Shown here: positions 1-7,819 of the stretch, piece by piece | Position numbering within the stretch: the stretch's first letter is position 1 | How the letters are laid out: every line of letters starts with the position of its first letter | Origin: Eledone cirrhosa | Taxonomy: Eukaryota | DNA length: 64,000 nt | Assembly (NCBI GenBank): GCA_964016885.1 | Contig: OZ024743.1 | Coordinates: forward strand, 351,292,001-351,356,000 | Direction of reading: 5' to 3' | Made by a program: the position numbers and the translations under genes | Notes under the pieces: generated by a model | The model's database searches: none | Seen by the model: the letters and a program-made list of their open reading frames with translations, nothing else | What the model was told of the DNA's origin: nothing

Positions 1-1287
1 TGGTGATTGGAGTTTTGGGGGTTTTGTGGTGTCTCTTTTTTTTTTATATTTCCGCGGCTCTCCCTCTTCTTCACTTAAAAGAGAAGCAGCTTCATCCGTC
101 GATGAATAATCATAGTCAGATGTGTGGGGTAGGGGTATATTGTGTGATGGTGGTGTTTCGGTGTGTGTGTTTGTGGTAGTGTTTGATGGAGTGGGTTGGA
201 GTGGGGCTGTTGTCTCTGTTTTTTTCTGTTGTTGTTGGTTGAGTGTCAGTTTGTTTTGGTGTGGTTGCCCGTTTCGTCTGTCGTTGTACTTGTGGTGATG
301 GTGGTTGCTTTGGTGTTGGTGTTGGTAACAGTGTTTTCTTTTGTATTGTTTTGGTTGAGGGTGTTTGTAAAGAGCAGGAGGCCTTTAGGTGTGTGGTGCT
401 ATTGCAACGAAAGCAATGTGGTTTTCGTCCCTCAACTACAATGTTTATGTGGCTGTTGTTGTCCACCATTACTTTTTCTGGTATTTTGGAGATTCTTTCC
501 GGGCTCATTTGCACCAGAATCTCCAAATTTGTACCAGACCAGGTGTGTCTGGTTGACTTTTTGATGGAGAGAATAGTGTCTTTTCTCTCCTCTAAAAATC
601 CTGCCAATATCCACCAAATATTAATATTTGGTGGTATGCTTGTAACTCTAATTTTTTGTGTCCTTTTTTCCTAGGTATGTAGGGAAAAGGGTGTATTTTT
701 GTGACAGTATTGGCGTCACTGAATATCTTTGTGCAAGGGCCTCCCTTTTGAGCAGTACCGAAATACTCCCGTACTGTTTGGCCCTCTGCATAAAGTCAAT
801 GTCTGGCAATATCTGTATTAAGGCTGCCTCAATTTCCCCTTGACTGAGGAATGTTGGTCGTTTTGTTTCATTTGAAACAATTCTGAAGGTGATTGTCCTT
901 CGAAATGTTTCCAGACGAATTTCTGGGGGTGAGTTTATCTGAAATCCCCCGTTTTTACCGAAAGTGATAAACTCCTTTGCTTCAGAGAGCATCTGTTTCG
1001 CATTGGAGATATCGAGATCCGTGAAATCTTGTGTCTTGGTGACTGTTTGAGCAAAAGATTTTTTGGTGTTGTTGTTGTTGATGTTGTTGTTGTGGTTGTC
1101 GGGTTTTCCGTTTGTAGTTGTGTCAATAGTTTTATTTTCTGTTGTTTTTTCCGTCTGTTGTACTATGTGTGGTTCGATCTTGTTTTTATTTTTGTTGTTC
1201 ATATTGGTTTCCATAGTGACGCCAATACATGCGGAGTGAGAAGTAACGTTATTATTATTATTTGTGACTGTTTCTGTATAAGTTATT

Positions 1288-1327
<40 letters not shown>

Positions 1328-1735
1328 GGTTGTCGGGTTTTTCGTTTGTAGTTGTGTCAATTGTTTTGTTTTTTGTTGATTTTAGTGTGTGTTGTATACT
1401 GTGTGGTTCACTGTGCGATTCAAATTTGTTTGTGTTGTCTACACTTTCGTTACACAAAACTTTGTTGTTAACTGCCTCGATACAGGCAGAATTTTTAGCA
1501 ACGTTAAAGTCTATTTCTTTTCTTCAACATTCGCTCGTGTTCCTTGAACGCTTGCCATAGCTGATGGCAAAATATTAAAAATGTTTAAACAGTTTTCAAA
1601 TTAATTTCAAATTAAATTTAGATTGCCACTCAGCTAATCTACAAAACGATGTGTTTTTTTTAAACAAGAATTTCTGTTTTTTTGTAAATAAATTGACAGA
1701 AACTTACCAGCCAAATTGTGTCCGTTCAGCTACCA
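1..1735 (-). mobile_element. Tx1-type non-LTR retrotransposon, copy 1 (divergent subfamily; 5' UTR and ORF1 only, rest outside window)
   Basis: ORF1 pieces 648-1457 and 116-607 are clearly homologous to ORF1 of copy 2 (YGSISVLLK, FPTYLG, VEGRKPHCFRCNSTTHLKASC zinc knuckle); 5' end abuts a (GATA)n tract. Confidence 0.88.
116..1457 (-). pseudogene. ORF1 (gag-like, CCHC zinc knuckle) of copy 1, frameshifted near 640
   Basis: Two ORF-track pieces in different frames join into an ORF1 homolog with a CX2CX4HX4C motif and poly-Asn N-terminus. Confidence 0.8.
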
Positions 1736-1761
1736 AGAGAGATAGAGAGATAGATAGATAT

Positions 1762-1836
<75 letters not shown>
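1736..1836 (+). repeat. (GATA)n microsatellite between copies 1 and 2
   Basis: Directly visible tetranucleotide repeat. Confidence 0.97.
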
Positions 1837-2100
1837 TATTTCTTTTATTTGCCACTAGGGCATCAAAAGTGGGACAAGTACAAAGGGGGGAGTTTACACA
1901 AAAAGGCGTCCTCAATAAGGAGGAGGCAATAACAAAATATAAAAATAAAATAAGATATAACAAAAAATAAAATTTTTAACAAAATCCTCAATAGAGAGGA
2001 GGCGCCTTGGGGGGTCGCACACACCCCCGAAAAAAGTGTGCAACCCTTCTCCTCAGGAGCACAGAGAAGGGGTGCTCCCTTGGTCTTTCATCTTCCTCAC

Positions 2101-5100
2101 CTATAGTCTGATGTAGAGTGAAGGCCCATTCACACGGGCCATTCTCGCCACTTTCACCCATCTTTCATAGAAACGGCTGGGGTGCAGCACCTCTCTCTCC
2201 ATCCTGATCCTTCTTCCGAAATGATATCGGAAGAAACGGACCAGTTGTTGGCCAGAGAGAAAGGTGCCCGACCTCAGTCCTTTCAGACGCGTCCACCATA
2301 CAACCTCTTTCGCCATGGCTATTACGCACAGAAACACCGCCTCTGCTTCATCTTTGAAGGGGGGAGGCGGCTTGATCATTACAATAGACTCGGTGGTCAA
2401 CCGGATCGGTCCCACCCTTGACAGCAGTTGTTCGACATAGCCCCACAGATCGGCTACGCCCGAGCAGTGTACTAATGCGTGTGCAACGGTTTCCTCGTCG
2501 CACACGCATCTGGGACAGATCTTTTTGGCGGGGTCCCTACCCGGGCGCCCGTGTCTGTAGAGCCTTTCTCGAACGGGTAAAGCCCCTCGGTAGCACTGCC
2601 AGGCCAGGGACTTCTGGAAGTTGTCCATAGGTCCCGGGCTGAATGTCCTACCGAACAGGCTGGCCAGTTCGTCCTCCTCCATGTCTAGGGCTTCTCCGAG
2701 GGCGTCGTCGCACCTGCTGCGTACCAGCCCTCTATAGAATGTTGCGGTGGAGTCTCCACTGACAACCGGATCCGCCTGCCAGAGGGCGGTGAGCGCCTGG
2801 GCACACTCAGTGTGCCAGGCGCCCAGTTTTCTCGGTCTTTGCTTGACCCAGGATTGCAGCTCGGTGAGTGAGACGAGTCTGGGAAAGGTTCGTCTCACAA
2901 ACGAGGCCCACACCGGTTGTCCGGTGAGGAATACGTAGAGGTGCCGTAGCCTTAATGGGTGTTTACGCATCATTAGCCACGGCATCCCCAGCCCTCCTTT
3001 CGAAGGGTGTTGACAGCAGATGGATCTCCTCACCATAGGAGCCCGCCTCTTCCAAAGGAATTGGAAGAGCGCGCGCTCCATCTTGGTGAGGGTTTCCCTT
3101 GGGCAGGGCACTACGGTCAGGCGGTAGTAGATGACGGACGCTATGTAGGTGTTCGCCACCTCCGCCCGACCTTTCAGGGATAGTTTGCAACTGGCCCACT
3201 TCTGGGTCAGTGCAAACACCCTGTTCGTAACCTCCGCCCAGTTTTTCTCCACCTGGAGGTCCGGTCCGAACCAGACCCCGAGCAACTTCACCGGGCCCTC
3301 CGTCCAGCGTCCGACGACGCTATCGGAGGGCATCGGTCTGCCCCTCCACGTGCCGAGTTGCAAACCGATCGACTTGTCCCGGTTCAGCTTAGCCCCTGTG
3401 AACTTTTCGTACTCCTCCAGTAAGGTGCCGACCGCCTCGATTTCGGAGGCCGTCGACACCATTACTGTCACGTCATCGGCGTAGGCCGACACCGCTTTCC
3501 GCAATCCCGGTTCCAAAGGGATGCCCTGCAACAACTCCAACTTCCGCAGTAGTGGCTCGAGAGTCAACACATACAGAAGGGAGGAGAGAGGGCACCCTTG
3601 TCGGATGGACCGCGCGATTTTGAACGGCTCCGAGAGGTAGCCGTTCACCTTGACCCTAGAGCAGATGCGGCTGCTGTGCATAGCAGTGATCCAGCCCCTG
3701 AAAACGGGTCCGAAGCCTGCCGCCGCTAGCACCGCATCCAGGTAACCATGGTCGACCCTATCGAACGCCTTAGATTGATCCAAGTTGATCAGAGCCCCAC
3801 CAAAGCCGGGTTCGTTCCCAACCCTCTCTATGATGTATCGCATGAGGTGGAGGTTGTCATGGATGGACCTGGACGGGATAGCGCATGTCTGCGCATCTCC
3901 CACCAGGTTGCCCACGACAAGCGCCAACCTCTTTGCTAGCACCTTGGCCAAAATCTGTAACTCTGTATTTAGCAGTGTTATGGGCCTGAAGTTACTTATT
4001 TCGTCCCCCTTGTTCTCGTCCTTCCTCACTAGCGTGACTACGCCCTTGGTCACAGTACAGGGAATTCTCCCGTTCTGTTGCCAGTTGCAGTAGACCGCCT
4101 CGAGGAGATCGGGGAACAAGTCCGGCATAGCTAGATATAATTCGTAAGGAAGACCATCGAGACCCGGGGATTTGCGTTTGCCGCATTGGCTCAGCACGTC
4201 CTCTATCTCAGCGGCCGAAATCGGCTCCTCGCAGGACTTCGCCTCCCTGTCCGAGAGGCGCGGCAGGCCGTCGAGGTATGGACCGAAGTCCACGTTCCCA
4301 ACCGGCTCCCCGCCCCTCCCGAACAGTCGGGCAAAGTGCCTTTGAAAGGCCTCACACATCTGCTTAGGCTCAAGAATCGCCCGTCCATCCAGGTCTCGCA
4401 AAGACCGGATGGTGGATTTAGTTCCACTGTTGGCCTCTGTCACGCGGGCCCAGCTAACAGCTTTGGTCCCCTCGTTCCCTAGAGCACGTATTTTACTTCG
4501 GACAACGCAGCCTTCGTGCTTCGCGTCGAAAAACTGGCTCAAAGCCGTTCTCGACGCTAGCACTCTGGCCACGTCGCCGCTTCTAATTGCCTCTTCTACT
4601 CTATCTATTAGCTCCCTTTCCTTCCTATTCCTATCCGCAGCTAGAACCTTACTAAATTCTATCGAGACTACTCTAATCTCTCTCTTTAGAGATACCCACC
4701 ACCTGCTGTTGACGATCGCTCCAGTCAACCGTTCCTTAACTAACGTACTAATCCGAATCCTGTAGGCTCTACTTGCCGGCAAGGACAAGTTGAGCTTCCA
4801 GTAACCGGGGCCCTGTCTATGAGTTCTGTCAAGGTTGACCATGCAGGTCACTAATTTGTGGTCTGAATAGCCAACCATGCGCATTTTTGGACAACTTAAA
4901 AAGTCCTTATCCTTAATTCTAACTAAGAACCTATCTAGGTACGACCTAGATGATCCGCTACGATTTGCCCAAGTCCAGGTTGGCGCAGTCGGAAAATCTA
5001 GTCGATATCTATCGGCCAGGTCAAATCGACCGATTAACCCTTTGAAGCTATTACACCCCTCTCTATCGGGGCAGGCCCCTACGTAGTCCCAGCGTGCATC

Positions 5101-5538
5101 TAGGATACCATTCCAGTCCCCCACTAATAGCAAGGAGCGGGACGTCCCTAGAAAAGTCTCCAGACGATGGAAGAAGTCCGGCCGCATTGACCCGAAAGGG
5201 CCGTAGGCGGCTACCAACCTAAACGCTCCGCCTTTACCACTGCCAAGGTCCAGAACCACTAGTCGACCCTCCGGGTCCAAATGTACCATCTGTGTTGCGA
5301 GACCCAGATGTTTTTGCAGCAGAACGACAACTCCACCCCCACCTCCGGGCTGACAGAGAGATGCGTGCATCTCAAAGTCATCAAAGGTGGGGGACAGCTG
5401 TCGCACGTTGCTGATCCGGGCCTCGCAAATAACCATCACATCTATACGTTGTGACCTGAGGTCATTTAGAAGCATTGCTTGCTTCCAAGTTGAGCCCAGG
5501 CCACGCGCATTTAAACAGCCTACTCTTAGCATAGCCAT
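2101..5538 (-). CDS. ORF2: APE endonuclease, reverse transcriptase and C-terminal CCHC zinc finger (Tx1/L1 clade)
   Basis: EN motifs LNARG, ICE, GDWN, YLDRFLV, SDHK; linker GPGYWKLN; RT motifs FRPITLLN, LDQSKAFDRVDH, IRQGCPLS, AYADD; CPRC..ETVAHALVHC. First ATG at 5538 (the track starts at a GTG at 5562). Confidence 0.95.
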   Translation of the reverse strand: MAMLRVGCLNARGLGSTWKQAMLLNDLRSQRIDVMVICEARISNVRQLSPTFDDFEMHASLCQPGGGGGVVVLLQKHLGLATQMVHLDPEGRLVVLDLGSGKGGAFRLVAAYGPFGSMRPDFFHRLETFLGTSRSLLLVGDWNGILDARWDYVGACPDREGCNSFKGLIGRFDLADRYRLDFPTAPTWTWANRSGSSRSYLDRFLVRIKDKDFLSCPKMRMVGYSDHKLVTCMVNLDRTHRQGPGYWKLNLSLPASRAYRIRISTLVKERLTGAIVNSRWWVSLKREIRVVSIEFSKVLAADRNRKERELIDRVEEAIRSGDVARVLASRTALSQFFDAKHEGCVVRSKIRALGNEGTKAVSWARVTEANSGTKSTIRSLRDLDGRAILEPKQMCEAFQRHFARLFGRGGEPVGNVDFGPYLDGLPRLSDREAKSCEEPISAAEIEDVLSQCGKRKSPGLDGLPYELYLAMPDLFPDLLEAVYCNWQQNGRIPCTVTKGVVTLVRKDENKGDEISNFRPITLLNTELQILAKVLAKRLALVVGNLVGDAQTCAIPSRSIHDNLHLMRYIIERVGNEPGFGGALINLDQSKAFDRVDHGYLDAVLAAAGFGPVFRGWITAMHSSRICSRVKVNGYLSEPFKIARSIRQGCPLSSLLYVLTLEPLLRKLELLQGIPLEPGLRKAVSAYADDVTVMVSTASEIEAVGTLLEEYEKFTGAKLNRDKSIGLQLGTWRGRPMPSDSVVGRWTEGPVKLLGVWFGPDLQVEKNWAEVTNRVFALTQKWASCKLSLKGRAEVANTYIASVIYYRLTVVPCPRETLTKMERALFQFLWKRRAPMVRRSICCQHPSKGGLGMPWLMMRKHPLRLRHLYVFLTGQPVWASFVRRTFPRLVSLTELQSWVKQRPRKLGAWHTECAQALTALWQADPVVSGDSTATFYRGLVRSRCDDALGEALDMEEDELASLFGRTFSPGPMDNFQKSLAWQCYRGALPVRERLYRHGRPGRDPAKKICPRCVCDEETVAHALVHCSGVADLWGYVEQLLSRVGPIRLTTESIVMIKPPPPFKDEAEAVFLCVIAMAKEVVWWTRLKGLRSGTFLSGQQLVRFFRYHFGRRIRMEREVLHPSRFYERWVKVARMARVNGPSLYIRL

Positions 5539-5562
5539 GTTGGTGGTGAAGAGAAAAGGCAC

Positions 5563-7350
5563 TTACCTCTCTGCGTCCCGGGTATCGGGCTGCACAATTT
5601 CCATTAGGGTGGGGGATGGGTTGTTGGGTGGGGTGGTGGTTTGTGGAAGTGTGGGGGCATCAGTGTGTTGTGTGGTTGGGGAGCTTGGAGTTGTGAGGGT
5701 GTTTGGGGAGGGGGTGGGATAGTTTTTTAGGAGGACGCGGTTAATGGGCCCGACGCAGGGGGGACCCACGTCCTCTTTAAAATTGTTTTTTAAAGTTTTA
5801 TAGGTGTCCTGTGGGGCCTTAATCATTTTGAGGTGGGGGAAATCCCCTGCCTGGGTGAAGTTAGGCCCTTGTGTTTTTATTAGATTGTTGTTGTACACAA
5901 TGTTTAACAGTTTTTTGTTTCTTGTATTTATGTATGTGTATGCATGTTTTTGTTTTTGTGTGGTGTTTTTTGTTTGCTGTTGTGAGCTCTTTTGTGTTGG
6001 TGTCAGTGTTATGTTTTGGGGAGGGTTTTTTTTCATTTGTGTGTCTGAGGTGTGTTTTCTTTTTTTTCTTTTGATTGTGTGGAAGTGCTCCTCCTCGTCT
6101 GACGACGAACTAGGGTCATCTTCCGCGTTGGAGGGGAGGGGTATATTTTCGGGTTGTGTTTGCGGTACGGGTGTTTTGGAAATTGTTTTTGTTTTTTGAG
6201 TGGAGGGGATGGGTTGGACATTGTTTTGTTTTGGTTTGAGCTGTGGTGGTTGTTTTTGTAGTGGTAGTTGTGGTGATTGTGTTGGTTGTGCAGTTGTTAG
6301 TGGTGTAGGCAGGATTGGGGTTTTCTTATTAAGTTGGGGACAGACAGCCCTCAGGTGACCTCTGGTTCCGCAGAGGTAACACGAGGGCCGTCTACCCTCA
6401 ACGGTAATGTTGATGAAGGTTAGATCATCCAGTATGACGCGTTCAGGGATCTGGGCGATCCTTTCGGGCCTCATTTGAACTACAAGTTCGAGGCTCGTTC
6501 CACTGAACGCGTCACCCGATGCCTTTCCCATGGACACCAGCATGTCATCCTCCAGGTCCAGAAAACCTGTCAAAACCCACCATATGTCCATAATCGGCAG
6601 GATGGTGTGGATTTTTATTTTTTGTGTTCTTCTACCCATGTACGTAGGGTAGAAGGTGTATGCGGTGGATGTGATTGGTTTGATGGACAGTTTCACTGCT
6701 GTGTCCCTGTCCTTCATGAGAATGGATAGACTCCCGTAGAGTCTATCCTTCTGAATGAAGGTGATGTCCTTCATGACGTCTTTTAAAACCAGCTCTATCT
6801 CGCTCTGTGATGGTTGAGCTGGTTTTTTACTTTTGTTCGAGATTGTCCTAAACATGACCGTGTTTAGGAGTCTCTGGCTTTTTAGTTCCGGGCGGGAATG
6901 GATTGTGAATGAACCATTTTCCCCGTACACTATATATTTTTTCGCATCCGCCAGTAGCTCCTTCGCTTTTGTTATATCTACTGGCAGATAGTCGAGGGTT
7001 TTCCTTGTCGTCTCGGCGAAGGAGAAATTTTGTTTGTTTGTGTTGTTGTTGTCGTTGGTGGTGTTGTTGTTATCATTGTTGTTGTTGTCACCGTTATTGG
7101 TCTTGTTGTTGTTATTGTTATTGTTATTGGTGTTGTTTTCGTCCGTCGCATTGTTGTTGTTGTTGCTGTTGCTGCTGGTTCTTTGGGTTGTTTCCATGGC
7201 AACGTCAAGTTGTCGGTTAACAGGTGGAGAGAATTCTTCCTCTGGCTGACCTATCTTCTTGACCTCTGCTACTGTGACAGTGGCAGGGGGAAGCTGTAAG
7301 TTCATCTTCCCCTTTCCTCCTTCGAATTTTGGTGAAGAAGCTTCGGCCAT
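5563..7350 (-). CDS. ORF1 nucleic-acid-binding protein with zinc knuckle
   Basis: 595-aa ORF directly upstream of ORF2; CYLCGTRGHLRAVC knuckle, poly-Asn tract, basic KRKKRK cluster. Confidence 0.9.
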   Translation of the reverse strand: MAEASSPKFEGGKGKMNLQLPPATVTVAEVKKIGQPEEEFSPPVNRQLDVAMETTQRTSSNSNNNNNATDENNTNNNNNNNNKTNNGDNNNNDNNNTTNDNNNTNKQNFSFAETTRKTLDYLPVDITKAKELLADAKKYIVYGENGSFTIHSRPELKSQRLLNTVMFRTISNKSKKPAQPSQSEIELVLKDVMKDITFIQKDRLYGSLSILMKDRDTAVKLSIKPITSTAYTFYPTYMGRRTQKIKIHTILPIMDIWWVLTGFLDLEDDMLVSMGKASGDAFSGTSLELVVQMRPERIAQIPERVILDDLTFINITVEGRRPSCYLCGTRGHLRAVCPQLNKKTPILPTPLTTAQPTQSPQLPLQKQPPQLKPKQNNVQPIPSTQKTKTISKTPVPQTQPENIPLPSNAEDDPSSSSDEEEHFHTIKRKKRKHTSDTQMKKNPPQNITLTPTQKSSQQQTKNTTQKQKHAYTYINTRNKKLLNIVYNNNLIKTQGPNFTQAGDFPHLKMIKAPQDTYKTLKNNFKEDVGPPCVGPINRVLLKNYPTPSPNTLTTPSSPTTQHTDAPTLPQTTTPPNNPSPTLMEIVQPDTRDAER

Positions 7351-7564
7351 TTAAAAAAAATATTGACTTTTCAACAAGAAAAAACTTTTTTTTTTTTTAA
7401 CTATTTCGCCTAAAGGCGTAGAATATTTTGAGAGACTGACCAGATCAAAGTTTGACCTGGCAGTCCCTCTACAAAATGGTACAAAAATTAAAGTTATCAG
7501 ACAAGAATTTCTATAGTATTTAAACAGAACTTACTCAGCAAGTTATACGCGTGTGTCCATCCCA

Positions 7565-7565
7565 G

Positions 7566-7605
<40 letters not shown>
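7565..7605 (+). repeat. (GATA)n microsatellite between copies 2 and 3
   Basis: Directly visible. Confidence 0.97.
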
Positions 7606-7819
7606 TTCTTTATTTACCATAAAGGCATAAAAAGAAGGGACAAATACAAAGGGGGAGTTTACATATAATCGAGTAAAAAGGGTGTAACATGAAAATAATC
7701 GAAAATAACCTCAAAAGGGAGGGGACGTGATGGGGGTTGCACACACCCCCGAAAAAGTGTGCAATCCTTTGCCCGGGGAGCACATGGAGAAGGTGCTCCC
7801 CTCTCCTTTACTTCTTTAC

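Larger units (their letters stand above)
1837..7564 (-). mobile_element. Tx1-type non-LTR retrotransposon, copy 2 (subfamily A), full length with intact ORFs
   Basis: 5'UTR, 595-aa ORF1, uninterrupted APE-RT-zinc finger ORF2, 3'UTR ending AATAAAAGAAA; GATA repeats on both sides. Confidence 0.95.
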
